Below are positions 37,798 through 48,848 of a stretch of 55,551 bases of DNA, in pieces. The notes under the pieces were generated by a model. That model saw nothing but the letters and a program-made list of their open reading frames with translations, searched no databases and had not been told where the DNA came from. Position 1 is the stretch's first letter; the number at the start of each line of letters is the position of its first letter. Position numbers and translations under genes: made by a program. Location: positions 1 to 55,551 of the forward strand of contig JANNJO010000045.1 in assembly GCA_031395755.1 (NCBI GenBank), written 5' to 3'. Source of the DNA: Acidobacteriota bacterium. Lineage in GTDB: Bacteria > Acidobacteriota > Vicinamibacteria > Vicinamibacterales > JAMQPK01.

Positions 37798-39772
37798 CTG
37801 GCGCGCCATGATCCGCAGCCGGCTCCTCTTTGGAGCCGCGATCCTTCTGCTGTGGGCCGTCGGGATACAGGCGCGCCTCGTGTATCTGCAGGTGCACAAG
37901 CACCAGGATCTTCAGATCCGCGCGGCGAACCAGTCCGCCCGCACGATGGATATTTCCGCCAAGCGGGGGGATATCCTCGACCGGCATGGGCGGGTCCTCG
38001 CGTACAGCGTCGACAGCGACTCCGTCTACGGAGTGCCGAGCGAGATCGAGGACGCGAAGCAGGCAGCCTCGCTGCTCTGCGGCGCACTGACGGACTGCCC
38101 GGCGAAGGAACAGGACGCGCTCGCCGGTCGGCTGCGGCAGAAACGCGCGTTCGTGTACGTCCGCCGCCGGGTGACACCGCAGCAGGCGCGCCGCATCGCC
38201 CAGCTGGGACTTGACGGCATCGACTTCATCAAAGAAGACCGCCGTTTCTATCCAAAGAAACAGCTCGCCGCGCAACTGCTGGGATTCGTCGGCGTCGAGA
38301 ACAAAGGGCTGGCCGGCATCGAAGCCGCCTACGACAGCCAGATCAGCGGCGCGCTCGGCAAGCTGCTGTATCAAACCGACGCGCGCGGCCGCGCGTTCAG
38401 CCGCCTCGAGCGCCCGCCCACTGCGGGCGCCACGGTCGAGCTCACGATTGACGAGTACCTGCAGCACGTCGCGGAGCGCGAGCTGCGCGACGCCGTGGCC
38501 CGCAACAGGGCGGCGGGCGGCACCGTGATCATCATGGACCCGAACACCGGCGAGATCCTGGCGCTCGCCAACGAGCCGACGTTCAACCCGAATGCGTTCT
38601 CGACCGCGACGGTCCAACAGCGGCGCAATCGCGCCGTCCAGGACATCTACGAACCCGGTTCGACCTTCAAGGTCGTGACGGCAAGCGCGGCCCTCGAAGA
38701 ACGCGTGATCACTCCCGAGGATGTCGTCGATGTGTCCGGCGGCCGGATCCGATTCGGATCGCGTGTCATCGAAGACACCCACGACTATGGCTCCCTCACG
38801 TTTACCGACGTCATCGTGAAATCGAGCAACGTCGGCGCGATCAAGGTCGGCCTCACGCTCGGCCCGGAACGGCTTGGGGTGTATGTACGCCGATTTGGCT
38901 TTGGGCGGGCGCTCTCGCCTGATTTTCCGGGCGAGACGCCGGGCATCGTGTGGGATCCGGCCAAGCTCGACAGCAGCGCGCTCGCGTCGATGGCGATGGG
39001 TTATCAGGTGGGCGTCACGCCACTCCAGATGGTCGCCGCCATCAGCTCTGTGGCCAACGGGGGCGACTTGATCCAGCCGCGGGTCGTGCGCGCGCTGGTG
39101 CGCGACGGCAAGCGCATCGAGGTGAAGCCGACGAGTCTCGGCCGGACGATCTCCAAGGGCACCTCGGTGACCTTGACGGGGATCATGGAGCAGACAGTCG
39201 AGCGCGGCACCGCGATCTCCGCGCAGGTGGACGGCTACACCATCGCGGGAAAAACGGGCACGGCAGCCAAGCTCATCGACGGCCGCTACTCCAACAGGGA
39301 TTACTTCGCGTCATTCGTGGGATTTCTGCCGTCGCGTCATCCGGTGGCCACGGTCATCGTGGTCATCGACTCGCCCCATGCGCATGGCTACTACGGCGGC
39401 CCGATCGCGGGCCCGGTGTTCCAGCGGGTGGCGGAAGCGACGCTCCGGCACTTCGGCGTGGCGCCGACATTGAACGCGCCGCCTCCGATCCTGGTCGCGC
39501 GCCGAAGCGACCGTCACGAGATTCATCCCGTGCGCAGCGCGCGCGCCGCATTAATTGTGCCCGCCGGGGGGATCGCCGCCATGCGCGACCTTCCGGATTT
39601 TCGCGGGCTGAGCGCGCGCGAAGCCGTGAGGGTTCTCACGAAGATCGGGTTGTCGGCCCGCCTTAACGGAAACGGTGTCGTCGCGACTCAGAGGCCGGCC
39701 GCTGGAACGCCTATTGAGCCCGGCACGACCACTGAGCTCTGGCTGGCGCGTTCGCCGGCCGCCAACCAATGA
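37775..39772 (+). CDS. ftsI: Class B PBP FtsI/PBP3 with C-terminal PASTA domain
   Basis: RGDILDR, EPGSTFK, KSSN, KTGT. Confidence 0.95.
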   Translation: MSEPIPDNWRAMIRSRLLFGAAILLLWAVGIQARLVYLQVHKHQDLQIRAANQSARTMDISAKRGDILDRHGRVLAYSVDSDSVYGVPSEIEDAKQAASLLCGALTDCPAKEQDALAGRLRQKRAFVYVRRRVTPQQARRIAQLGLDGIDFIKEDRRFYPKKQLAAQLLGFVGVENKGLAGIEAAYDSQISGALGKLLYQTDARGRAFSRLERPPTAGATVELTIDEYLQHVAERELRDAVARNRAAGGTVIIMDPNTGEILALANEPTFNPNAFSTATVQQRRNRAVQDIYEPGSTFKVVTASAALEERVITPEDVVDVSGGRIRFGSRVIEDTHDYGSLTFTDVIVKSSNVGAIKVGLTLGPERLGVYVRRFGFGRALSPDFPGETPGIVWDPAKLDSSALASMAMGYQVGVTPLQMVAAISSVANGGDLIQPRVVRALVRDGKRIEVKPTSLGRTISKGTSVTLTGIMEQTVERGTAISAQVDGYTIAGKTGTAAKLIDGRYSNRDYFASFVGFLPSRHPVATVIVVIDSPHAHGYYGGPIAGPVFQRVAEATLRHFGVAPTLNAPPPILVARRSDRHEIHPVRSARAALIVPAGGIAAMRDLPDFRGLSAREAVRVLTKIGLSARLNGNGVVATQRPAAGTPIEPGTTTELWLARSPAANQ

Positions 39773-41253
39773 AGCTTGCCCACCTGTTGCAAGCCATTGA
39801 GCGCTTCACGCGGTACCCCGTTCCCCCCGGGTCGATACCCGACGCCGATGTTGCCGGCCTCGCGTACGACTCGCGCCAGGTCGAGCCCGGCGCCCTCTTT
39901 GTCGCGTTGACAGGCTTGAAGGCGACCGGCGCGGACTTCGTGGCAGACGCCATGGCTCGGGGGGCCGTCGCCGTGGTCGCCGATCAGCCGGCCGCTGCAG
40001 CCGTGGCCTCGCCCTGGATAGAAGTCACGGATGCGCGGGCCGCTATGGCGACGCTCGCGGCCGAGTTCTATGCCCATCCCAGCCGTTCGATGAGCGTCGT
40101 CGGCATTACGGGCACGAACGGCAAGACGACGACCGCGTATTTATTGCGCTCCGTGTTCGAGGCGGCCGGCAAAAAGTGCGGGCTCCTGGGCACGGTGACC
40201 TACTCGGTAGGGGACCAGGAGCTGCCGGCAGTGCGGACGACGCCGGAGGCACCGGACGTGCAGCGCATGTTCCGACAGATGGTCGACAGCGGCTGCGGCG
40301 CATGCGTGATGGAAGTGTCGTCGCACGCGCTGTCTCTGCGGCGGGTCGACGACACGCGCTTCGCGGCCACCGTCTTTACGAACCTCACCAGGGATCATCT
40401 CGATTATCACGGAGACATGGAGTCGTACTTCTCGGCGAAGAAGCGGCTGTTCGAACTGCTCGCGCCGGGAGCGCCGGGCGTCATCAACCTGGACGATCCG
40501 CGCGGTGAGTTGCTGCGAAAAGCCGTCTCGCGACCAGTGACCTACGCGATCACCAAGCCGGCGGACATCACGTCTGGGCCCTTGTCGATGACGTTCGACG
40601 GACTCGAGTTCGATGTGCGTACGCCAGCAGGCCCCATTCATGTGAAGTCGCGGCTCGTTGGACGTCCGAACGTTTCGAACATTCTCGGGACAGTGGCGGC
40701 CGCCACGGCGCTCGATCTTCCGGTGTCGGCGATTGAGCGCGGCCTTGCGGGCCTGTCGGCAGTGCCTGGCCGCTTCGAAGTGGTTTCCAGCCACGGCGAC
40801 GACGTGACGGTGGTGATCGATTACGCGCATACCGACGACGCCCTCAAGAATCTCCTCGAGACCGCGCGCCCGCTGGCTCAGCGCCGCGTCATCACCGTGT
40901 TCGGCTGCGGCGGCGATCGCGATCGCACGAAGCGGCCGCTGATGGGGGCCGTCGCGGCACGGCTGAGCGATGTCGTGGTGATCACGTCCGACAACCCGCG
41001 CGGCGAGGATCCCGCGCGCATCATCGACGAGATCAAACGCGGAGTACCACCGGCGTCGGACCGCGACACCGCGACCGTGGTGGCGATCGTGGATCGAAAG
41101 GAAGCGATTCAGTTCGCCATCCGAAAGGCGCAGCCCGGCGACCTCGTTCTTCTCGCAGGCAAAGGGCACGAGAAGTCACAGATGATCGGCGGGCGCGATC
41201 TGCCGTTCGATGAAGTGGAGATCGCGCGCGAGGCGCTGGAGCGGAGACGCTGA
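39769..41253 (+). CDS. murE: UDP-MurNAc-tripeptide synthetase (meso-DAP type)
   Basis: GTNGKTT, MEVSSH, DYAHT, DNPR, GKGHE. Confidence 0.97.
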   Translation: MKLAHLLQAIERFTRYPVPPGSIPDADVAGLAYDSRQVEPGALFVALTGLKATGADFVADAMARGAVAVVADQPAAAAVASPWIEVTDARAAMATLAAEFYAHPSRSMSVVGITGTNGKTTTAYLLRSVFEAAGKKCGLLGTVTYSVGDQELPAVRTTPEAPDVQRMFRQMVDSGCGACVMEVSSHALSLRRVDDTRFAATVFTNLTRDHLDYHGDMESYFSAKKRLFELLAPGAPGVINLDDPRGELLRKAVSRPVTYAITKPADITSGPLSMTFDGLEFDVRTPAGPIHVKSRLVGRPNVSNILGTVAAATALDLPVSAIERGLAGLSAVPGRFEVVSSHGDDVTVVIDYAHTDDALKNLLETARPLAQRRVITVFGCGGDRDRTKRPLMGAVAARLSDVVVITSDNPRGEDPARIIDEIKRGVPPASDRDTATVVAIVDRKEAIQFAIRKAQPGDLVLLAGKGHEKSQMIGGRDLPFDEVEIAREALERRR

Positions 41254-42638
41254 CGCCAGCCACGATTGCCGTCGCGATAGGCACAACGGTGACGGGTGCC
41301 GGAGCCGATCGCGACGTCGGAGGGTTCTCGATCGATACGCGGACCATCCAGGCAGGCGACCTCTTCATCGCGATTCGCGGTGAGCGTTTCGACGGCAATG
41401 CGTACGTCGCCGAAGCCGTCAGGAAGGGCGCCGTTGGCGCGCTCGTCAGCGATCCGGATCTCGCGGGCGACGCCGCGCTCGCATCGACGCCGTTGATTGT
41501 CGTGACGGACACGATCGCGGCCTTGCAGCGCCTTGCGAACCGCGTGCGGCGCGACTCGGGGACTGCGGTCGTCGCCGTGACGGGCAGCGCCGGGAAGTCG
41601 ACGACCAAGGAAATCACGGCCGACTTTCTTGAGGCGAGATACAGGGTCTTTCGCAACAGGGGCAATCTGAACAATCACATCGGCTTGCCGCTGTCGCTGC
41701 TGGAGCTGAGGGCGAAGCCTGACATCGGAGTGCTTGAGCTGGGCATGAACCATTTCGGAGAGATCAGCGCGCTCGTCAAGATTGCGGAGCCGGAGGTCCG
41801 GGTCTGGACCAACGTCGGCCAGGCGCACCTGGAGTTCTTTGGCACGATGGACGCCATTGCCACGGCGAAGGCGGAAATTCTTGAGGGTGCAGACGAAGAC
41901 ACGCTGCTTGTCGCGAACGCAGACGATGACCTGGTGATGCGCCACGCGCATCATTTCGCCGGCCGCGTCCGGACTTTCGGTGTGGAGCGGCCCGCCGATG
42001 TGCGCGCGCTCGCTGTCCGCGATCTCGGCATCGACGGCACCGCCGCCCTCGTGCGCACGCCGATTGGCGAAGCGGAGATTCGCACCCCGCTTCCCGGAAC
42101 CGCGAACCTGTCGAACATGCTCGCCGCCACGGCTGTCGCGATCCGGTTCGACGTCCCGCTCGACGACATCGTCCAGCGCGCCGCCGCCTTGAAGCCGGTC
42201 GCGAGGCGAGGAGAGATTACGCGGATCGGCACGCTGACCATCGTGGACGACTCCTACAACTCGAATCCGACAGCGCTGTCGCGAGCGCTCGCCATGGTGG
42301 CCAGCGACGGCCGCTTCACGCGCCGGATTGCCGTCCTCGGGGAAATGCTCGAGCTTGGTGAGGCCGGCGCATCGCTGCATCGCGCCTCCGGAGAAGAAGC
42401 GGGGCGGGCGGGGCTCGTCGCCCTCGTGGCCGTGGGTGGTGCAAACGCGCGCGAGCTGGCCGCCGGCGCCCTCGCCGCGGGCATGCCGGCCGGGAGTGTT
42501 CACTACGTGGAGAACAGCAGCCAGGCTGCCGACATCGCGGCGACGCTCGTCAGGCCCGGAGACCTCGTGCTCGTCAAAGGCTCCCGCGGCATTCGGACCG
42601 AAGTGGTGGTCGATCGTCTCAAGGCGGAGCCTGCCTGA
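41250..42638 (+). CDS. murF: UDP-MurNAc-tripeptide D-Ala-D-Ala ligase (start CTG 41250 or GTG 41289)
   Basis: [34 protein letters not shown]. Confidence 0.95.
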   Translation: MTPATIAVAIGTTVTGAGADRDVGGFSIDTRTIQAGDLFIAIRGERFDGNAYVAEAVRKGAVGALVSDPDLAGDAALASTPLIVVTDTIAALQRLANRVRRDSGTAVVAVTGSAGKSTTKEITADFLEARYRVFRNRGNLNNHIGLPLSLLELRAKPDIGVLELGMNHFGEISALVKIAEPEVRVWTNVGQAHLEFFGTMDAIATAKAEILEGADEDTLLVANADDDLVMRHAHHFAGRVRTFGVERPADVRALAVRDLGIDGTAALVRTPIGEAEIRTPLPGTANLSNMLAATAVAIRFDVPLDDIVQRAAALKPVARRGEITRIGTLTIVDDSYNSNPTALSRALAMVASDGRFTRRIAVLGEMLELGEAGASLHRASGEEAGRAGLVALVAVGGANARELAAGALAAGMPAGSVHYVENSSQAADIAATLVRPGDLVLVKGSRGIRTEVVVDRLKAEPA

Positions 42639-43732
42639 TGCTCTACAACCTGCTTTTCCCGTTCCACACGCAGGTGCCGGTGCTGAACGTCATTCAGTAC
42701 ATCACCTTCCGGACCGCAGCCGCGAGCCTCACTGCGCTGCTCATCAGCCTGCTGGTTGGACCGTGGCTCATCCGCAAGCTCCGTGAATTTCAGATCGGCC
42801 AGATCATCCGTCACGAAGGCCCGGCGTCCCACGCACCCAAAGCGGGTACACCGACGATGGGGGGGCTGCTGATTCTCACCGCGTCCCTCGTCCCGACGCT
42901 GCTCTGGGCCGATCTGCGGAACCTCTACATCTGGATTGCCGTGCTCGCGACGACAGGGTTCGGTGCCATTGGATTTACGGACGACTATCTCAAGATCGTG
43001 CGGCGATCGCACCACGGTCTGCGTCCGCGCTACAAGATACTCGGGCAGGTCGGCGTCGCCGCTCTGGTCGGCGTGACGCTGATCGTGCTGGCGGATTACA
43101 CGCAGCCGCCGCTCTACAACACACGCCTGATCTTCCCGTTCTTCAAGAGCCTGATCCCCGACCTGGGCTGGATATACGTGCCCTTCGCGATCCTGGTGCT
43201 GGTCGGCGCGTCGAATGCGGTGAACCTGACCGACGGTCTCGACGGGCTGGCGATCGGCACCTTCGCGATTGCTGCCGCGGCATTCACGGCGCTCGCCTAT
43301 GTTACCGGCCATCGCATTCTGGCCGACTACCTGCTCCTCGTCCACTTTCCGCAATCGGCCGAGCTGACGATTTTTTGCGGCGCGCTCGTCGGCGCGAGCC
43401 TCGGGTTCCTTTGGTACAACTCGTATCCGGCGGAGATTTTCATGGGAGACGTCGGCTCGCTCGCACTCGGCGGGGCTCTCGGAACCGTCGCGATCTTGAT
43501 CAAGCAGGAGCTCCTGCTGCCGATCGTCGGCGGCGTGTTCGTGCTCGAGGCGCTGTCGGTGATCATCCAGGTCGCCTCCTTCAAGCTGACCGGCAAGCGC
43601 GTGTTCAAGATGGCGCCGCTGCACCACCACTTCGAGCTGATCGGCTGGAGCGAGCCGAAGGTCATCACGCGATTCCTGATCGTCGGAATCATCTTCGCGC
43701 TCTTCAGCCTGACAACGTTGAAACTGAGATGA
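42638..43732 (+). CDS. mraY: Phospho-MurNAc-pentapeptide transferase
   Basis: [34 protein letters not shown]. Confidence 0.97.
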   Translation: MLYNLLFPFHTQVPVLNVIQYITFRTAAASLTALLISLLVGPWLIRKLREFQIGQIIRHEGPASHAPKAGTPTMGGLLILTASLVPTLLWADLRNLYIWIAVLATTGFGAIGFTDDYLKIVRRSHHGLRPRYKILGQVGVAALVGVTLIVLADYTQPPLYNTRLIFPFFKSLIPDLGWIYVPFAILVLVGASNAVNLTDGLDGLAIGTFAIAAAAFTALAYVTGHRILADYLLLVHFPQSAELTIFCGALVGASLGFLWYNSYPAEIFMGDVGSLALGGALGTVAILIKQELLLPIVGGVFVLEALSVIIQVASFKLTGKRVFKMAPLHHHFELIGWSEPKVITRFLIVGIIFALFSLTTLKLR

Positions 43733-45039
43733 GCTTCTCCGTCCGTGGACAAAACGTGACCGTCGTCGGCGCCGCCCGCAGCGGCGTTGCCGCCGCTTTG
43801 CTGCTGGCCGAGCGCGGTGCGCGAGTGACGTTGACCGACATGCGGCCGGATCTGGAGCGGCGGGTCGAAGGCCAGCTTCGGAGCGCAGGGGTGACGCTCG
43901 AGCTCGGCGCACACAGGCCCGAGACGTTCACGTCACCAGATTTGATGGTGTTGAGCCCGGGCGTGCCGCTCGATCAGCCGCCGATCGCGGAGGCGCGCCG
44001 TGCCGGAGTCCCAATCATTGGCGAGATCGAGCTTGCGTCGCGCTGGCTGAGCGGACGGATCGTGGCGATTACCGGCACCAAAGGCAAATCGACGACAACC
44101 GCGCTGACGGGGAGGATGTTCGACGCAGGAGGACTGAAGGCGCTGGTCGGCGGAAACATCGGAACGCCGTTGAGCTCTCAGGTCGCCGCTTCCACTCCCG
44201 AAACGTTTCACATCGTCGAGGTGAGCAGTTTTCAACTCGAAACGACCGGCACCTTTCATCCATGGATTGCCGTGCTCTTGAACGTGTCATCGGACCACCT
44301 CGATCGTCACGGCTCGATGGAGGAGTACGGCGCGGCGAAGGCGAAGATTTTCGCGAATCAGACGGCGGACGACTGGGCGGTGATCAACGCCGACGATCCG
44401 CAGACGATCGCACTCGCGCGTGCGGGGCGGGCGAGGAAGGCGTTCTTTTCTGTCGATACGCCGCTGGTTCCCTTGTCGTCGATCCGGTTAATCGGCAAGC
44501 ACCTGGTCGCCGACGTCATGGCCGCAGCCACGGTCGCGCGCATAGCCGGGGTTCCGGATGCCGCGATGCGGCGCGCGGTCGAGGCGTTCACCGGCCTGGA
44601 GCATGCGTTGGAGCCCGTCGCGGTCGTCAAGGGTGTGCGCTTCGTCAACGATTCCAAAGCCACCAACATTGAATCCGCGAAACAGGCGATCGAGGCCTTC
44701 GACCGGAACCTCGTCGTGATTATGGGCGGACGCTTCAAGAGCGGCGATTTCAGCCTGCTCCGCGAGCCGCTGCGATTGCGCGGCGCGACTGTCGTCGCCA
44801 TCGGGGAAGCGACGCCTCTGATTCGCCAGGCGCTGGACGGTGTGGTGTCCGTTCACACGGTGGAGACGCTGCCCGCGGCCGTGCGCCGTGCGTTCGAGCT
44901 GGCGCCTGAGGGGGGGACCGTCGTCCTGGCGCCGGCCTGCGCGAGCTTCGACATGTTTCTCGACTACGCGGAACGTGGACAGATATTCAAAAAGGAAGTG
45001 ATGAAGATCGCGGAGGAAAACACGACGCGCGAGCGGTGA
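43729..45039 (+). CDS. murD: UDP-MurNAc-L-Ala D-Glu ligase
   Basis: [44 protein letters not shown]. Confidence 0.94.
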   Translation: MSFSVRGQNVTVVGAARSGVAAALLLAERGARVTLTDMRPDLERRVEGQLRSAGVTLELGAHRPETFTSPDLMVLSPGVPLDQPPIAEARRAGVPIIGEIELASRWLSGRIVAITGTKGKSTTTALTGRMFDAGGLKALVGGNIGTPLSSQVAASTPETFHIVEVSSFQLETTGTFHPWIAVLLNVSSDHLDRHGSMEEYGAAKAKIFANQTADDWAVINADDPQTIALARAGRARKAFFSVDTPLVPLSSIRLIGKHLVADVMAAATVARIAGVPDAAMRRAVEAFTGLEHALEPVAVVKGVRFVNDSKATNIESAKQAIEAFDRNLVVIMGGRFKSGDFSLLREPLRLRGATVVAIGEATPLIRQALDGVVSVHTVETLPAAVRRAFELAPEGGTVVLAPACASFDMFLDYAERGQIFKKEVMKIAEENTTRER

Positions 45040-45150
45040 ACAGTCGTCAGTCGGCCGGTGGCGGTAAGGAGCTGGCTGCTGGGAACGCAGGCTGCCCCGC
45101 CTGCGAAGCTGGTGTCCCAACCCCATGGCTGACTGATGACTGTTGACCGC
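45033..45150. repeat. Heptamer-derived inverted repeat enclosing about 70 bp
   Basis: AACAGTCGTCAGTCGGCC (45039-45056) pairs with GGCTGACTGATGACTGTT (45127-45144); extends to GCGGT/ACCGC. Confidence 0.75.
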
Positions 45151-45191
45151 TCGCGCCGCACCCTTTATGTCGGCACTGGTGGGGCATGACT

Positions 45192-45219
45192 GTAGGGCCC
45201 AACTTAAGTTGAGCCCTAC
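45192..45219. repeat. GTAG-type REP-like palindrome
   Basis: GTAGGGCCCAACTTAAGTTGAGCCCTAC, a palindrome with one mismatched pair. Confidence 0.65.
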
Positions 45220-45234
45220 GACGAAACGTTAACT

Positions 45235-46335
45235 ATGGCCCGAAAGCTCAAGTCGGACAAGGTGCTGTTCCTCGCCACGCTGCTGCTGGTGTGCTGCAGC
45301 GTGGTCATGGTGTATAGCGCCTCGGCTGTGCTGGCCATGAACCGCTTCAACCAGCCCTACTTCTTTCTCATCAAGCAGGTAATGTGGGCCGTGCTTGGCC
45401 TGGCTGCCATGAGCATCGCCATGCGATTCGACTATCGCAACTATCGCGAGCAGTCGTTCGTCTGGTTTGCGCTCGGCGTCGTGGTGTGTGCGTTGATCGC
45501 CGTGCTGTTCAGCCCGCCGATCAACGGCAGCCGCCGCTGGTTCGGGATTGGAGGGTTCGGTGTGCAGCCCTCCGAGCTCGCAAAGCTGAGCGCCATCTTT
45601 TTCATCGCGGCGCTTCTCGAGCGCAGGATGGATCGGATCGACGAGATTCCGTCTGCGCTCCTGCCCATCGGCATTGTCGTGGGCGGGCTCGTGGGCCTCA
45701 TTCTGGTGGAGCCGGATCTCGGCACGGCGATGACCATACTGCTGATCGCCACGACGATGGTGTTCGCGGCAGGGATCAGCTACCGGTATGTCGTCGCCGC
45801 GATCCTCTGCGGCCTGCCCATCATCTATTTCACCCTGATGGGCGCGGCGTATCGGCGCCGGCGCCTGATGGCGTTCTGGGATCCCTGGAGCGATCCGCTC
45901 GGCGACGGGTTCCAGGTCATCCAATCGATGATCGCCGTCGGCTCGGGCGGGCTGCTCGGGCGCGGCTTCATGTCGGGCGTGCAGAAACTGTTCTATCTGC
46001 CGGAGCCCCACACCGATTTTATTTACGCCGTGATCGCCGAGGAATTCGGGCTGCTCGGAACGACGATCGTCATGGCGTGCTTTGTGGTGATCGCCTGGCG
46101 CGGTTTCAGGATCGCGACGCAGGCCCCCGATCGCTTCGGGGCGTTTCTGGCGATCGGGTTGACCACCATGATCGCGGCGCAGGCGTTTTTCAACATCAGC
46201 GTCGTCCTCGGTCTCGTGCCGACGAAGGGTATTCCGCTGCCGTTGGTGAGCGCCGGCGGCTCGTCGCTGCTCATCAGTCTGCTGGGCATGGGCATTCTCC
46301 TGAATGTCTCCCAGCACGCGGCGCCTGGATCGTGA
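45235..46335 (+). CDS. ftsW: SEDS peptidoglycan polymerase FtsW
   Basis: MVYSAS, NGSRRW, QPSELAK, EPDLG, LPEPHTDFI, PTKGIPLP. Confidence 0.96.
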   Translation: MARKLKSDKVLFLATLLLVCCSVVMVYSASAVLAMNRFNQPYFFLIKQVMWAVLGLAAMSIAMRFDYRNYREQSFVWFALGVVVCALIAVLFSPPINGSRRWFGIGGFGVQPSELAKLSAIFFIAALLERRMDRIDEIPSALLPIGIVVGGLVGLILVEPDLGTAMTILLIATTMVFAAGISYRYVVAAILCGLPIIYFTLMGAAYRRRRLMAFWDPWSDPLGDGFQVIQSMIAVGSGGLLGRGFMSGVQKLFYLPEPHTDFIYAVIAEEFGLLGTTIVMACFVVIAWRGFRIATQAPDRFGAFLAIGLTTMIAAQAFFNISVVLGLVPTKGIPLPLVSAGGSSLLISLLGMGILLNVSQHAAPGS

Positions 46336-46371
46336 TCGACGAGGCACGAAGAGCCAGGAAAGGAGGGTTGT

Positions 46372-47454
46372 GTGCGGGTCGTGATTGCCGGAGGCGGAAC
46401 CGGCGGCCATCTCTTTCCTGGACTGGCGGTGGCGCGCGCCCTGAAGTCGCGGGTACCGGAGGCGCACATCTCGTTCGCCGGTACGGCCAGCGGCATCGAG
46501 GCGAGGGTGATTCCGTCGACCGAATTCGAGCTCGACCTGATCCGCAGCGCGGGGCTCAAGGGGAAATCGCCGGCCGCCCTCGCGCGCGGGGCGGCGCTGA
46601 TTCCCCTGAGCGGCCTCGACGCCTGGCGGGTGATCTCGCGCCGCAGGCCCGACGTCGTGATCGGCGTCGGTGGATACAGCTCGGGCCCGGTCGTGGCCAT
46701 CGCCGCGGCGCGTGGGATTCCCGCGATGCTGCTCGAGCAGAACGCCGTGGCGGGTCTGACCAACACGCTGCTCGCGCCTCTTGTGAAGCGGGCAGCGGTC
46801 ACCTACGAGGCGTCGCTGAAATTGTTCGGTGGGAAAGGTTTCGTCAGCGGTAACCCGGTCCGTCGGGAGTTTCTGGAGATTGATGATGCAGCCATTGATG
46901 CCGAAAAGGTTCGGGTCCTAGTTTTTGGCGGCTCTCAGGGGGCGCACGCCATCAATGTGGCCATGGTGGAGGCGGCGCCGCGGCTGGCGTCCGCAGCCGA
47001 AACCCTCGATCTCGTCTGCCAAACGGGCACCCGGGACTTCGACATGGTTCGCGAGGCCTTCGAACGGTGCGGCCTGCAAGGTCGCGTGGAGCGGTTCATT
47101 GATGCGATGGACCGAGAGATGAGAGCCGCGGGGCTCGTCGTGTCGCGCGCGGGCGCCACGACGCTCGCCGAAGTCACGGCCGCGGGCCGGCCGGCCATTC
47201 TGGTGCCGCTGCCGACCGCAACGGACGATCATCAGCGCCACAACGCGCTGGCCCTGCAGCAGGCGGGCGCAGCCGAGGTGATCGAACAAAAGGCGTTGAC
47301 CGGAGACCGCCTGGCGGAGCGCATCATCGCGCTGGCGATCGACCGCGACAGGCGGCGACAGATGTCGGCGGCGGCAAGGCGGCTGGCGAAACCGCGTGCC
47401 GCCGAAGACATCGTCGACGCCGTCCTCGAGTTGACGAAGCGGCGCGCATCGTGA
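46372..47454 (+). CDS. murG: Lipid II GlcNAc transferase
   Basis: GGGTGGH, GGY, EQN, GNPVR, GGSQGA, RAGATT. Confidence 0.97.
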   Translation: MRVVIAGGGTGGHLFPGLAVARALKSRVPEAHISFAGTASGIEARVIPSTEFELDLIRSAGLKGKSPAALARGAALIPLSGLDAWRVISRRRPDVVIGVGGYSSGPVVAIAAARGIPAMLLEQNAVAGLTNTLLAPLVKRAAVTYEASLKLFGGKGFVSGNPVRREFLEIDDAAIDAEKVRVLVFGGSQGAHAINVAMVEAAPRLASAAETLDLVCQTGTRDFDMVREAFERCGLQGRVERFIDAMDREMRAAGLVVSRAGATTLAEVTAAGRPAILVPLPTATDDHQRHNALALQQAGAAEVIEQKALTGDRLAERIIALAIDRDRRRQMSAAARRLAKPRAAEDIVDAVLELTKRRAS

Positions 47455-48848
47455 GCGGAGTGCTTGAGCACGCCAGGCGCATCCATTTCATCGGCATCGG
47501 TGGAATCGGGATGAGCGGCATCGCGGAGCTTCTTGTGAATCTGGGATATGAGGTGACTGGATCAGACATGCAGCGCACCGACATCACGGATCGGCTCGAG
47601 TCGCTTGGCGCGCGCATCGCGAGCGGTCATGACGCCCGAAACGTCGGCGATGCCGAGGTCATCGTCTATTCGTCAGCGGTGCGGCCCTCCAATCCGGAGA
47701 TGAGGACCGCCCGCGATCGGGGGCTGGCAGTGGTCGCGCGGGCCGAGCTGCTCGCCGAGCTGATGCGGCTGCGCCAGGGCATCGCCATTGCGGGCGCCCA
47801 CGGCAAGACCACGACGACGTCGATGATTGCGCTGATTCTCGAGGTCGCAGGCCTCGATCCGACGGCCGTCATCGGCGGACGCGTCAGCTCGTTCGGAAGC
47901 AGCGCGAGGCTCGGACGTGGGAAATACCTGGTGGCGGAGGCTGATGAGAGCGATCGATCGTTTCTGAAGCTTGCGCCGCGCTTTGCGGTGATCACGAACA
48001 TCGATCGCGAGCATCTCGAGGCGTACCGCGATTTCGACGATCTGAAAGCCGCGTTCGTGGAATTTGCCAACAGCGTCCCCGCCAACGGCGTGGTGATCCT
48101 CTGCTGGGACGATCCGCACCTGCGGTCGATGCGCGCGGTCATCACGCGTCCCACCGTGACCTACGGCCTCCAGGACGGGGCGGATGTCACGGCGAGCGAC
48201 GTCCAGTTGAAGGGGTTTGGGGCGGTGTGTACCGTCCGGAGCCGCAGGCCCGGCGGACGCCCTGTCGAGCTGGGGCGTTTGGAGCTCTCGGTGCCGGGAC
48301 GCCACAACGTGCTGAACGCCCTGGCGGCTGTCGCGATGGCGCGCGAGCTGGGGATCGGCTTCAGCGACATCGCACGGGCGATCGGCGGTTTCCATGGCGC
48401 GGAGCGGCGGTTTCAGCGTCTCGGCGAGGCGAACGGAGTTACGGTGGTCGAGGACTACGGCCACCATCCGACCGAAGTCGCGGCGGTGATTGCTGCGGCG
48501 AAACCGATCGCCTCAGGGCGGCTGATCGTCGCGTTTCAGCCGCATCGGTTCACGCGCACGCAATTCCTGATGAGCGAGTTCGCCGGCGCGTTCTCCGGAG
48601 CCGACATCGTCGTCCTCACCGACATCTACGCCGCCGGCGAAGACCCCATCGAAGGCATCACGCTGCAAGCGCTCGCGGCCAGGGTGGCCGCCGAATTCAC
48701 TGGCGAGCTCCGCTCGGTGCCCTCGTTGAGCGGCGTTCCGGCCGAGCTGGCGCGTCTCGCCATGCCCGGGGATCTGATTGTGCTGCTCGGTGCGGGCTCC
48801 ATCGGTTCGATCGCGGGAGCCGTGCTCACGGCACTGGGCAAACCCTGA
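47451..48848 (+). CDS. murC: UDP-MurNAc L-Ala ligase
   Basis: GIGGIGMSG, GAHGKTTT, EADESD, DYGHHPTE, FQPHRF. Confidence 0.97.
   Translation: MSGVLEHARRIHFIGIGGIGMSGIAELLVNLGYEVTGSDMQRTDITDRLESLGARIASGHDARNVGDAEVIVYSSAVRPSNPEMRTARDRGLAVVARAELLAELMRLRQGIAIAGAHGKTTTTSMIALILEVAGLDPTAVIGGRVSSFGSSARLGRGKYLVAEADESDRSFLKLAPRFAVITNIDREHLEAYRDFDDLKAAFVEFANSVPANGVVILCWDDPHLRSMRAVITRPTVTYGLQDGADVTASDVQLKGFGAVCTVRSRRPGGRPVELGRLELSVPGRHNVLNALAAVAMARELGIGFSDIARAIGGFHGAERRFQRLGEANGVTVVEDYGHHPTEVAAVIAAAKPIASGRLIVAFQPHRFTRTQFLMSEFAGAFSGADIVVLTDIYAAGEDPIEGITLQALAARVAAEFTGELRSVPSLSGVPAELARLAMPGDLIVLLGAGSIGSIAGAVLTALGKP

Noticed and set aside
43729-45039. MurD2 (L-Glu ligase of the MurD2/MurL route)
   Set aside because: Despite GTKGKS, the C-terminal NDSKATN and PACASFD motifs are canonical MurD-type and no murL is adjacent
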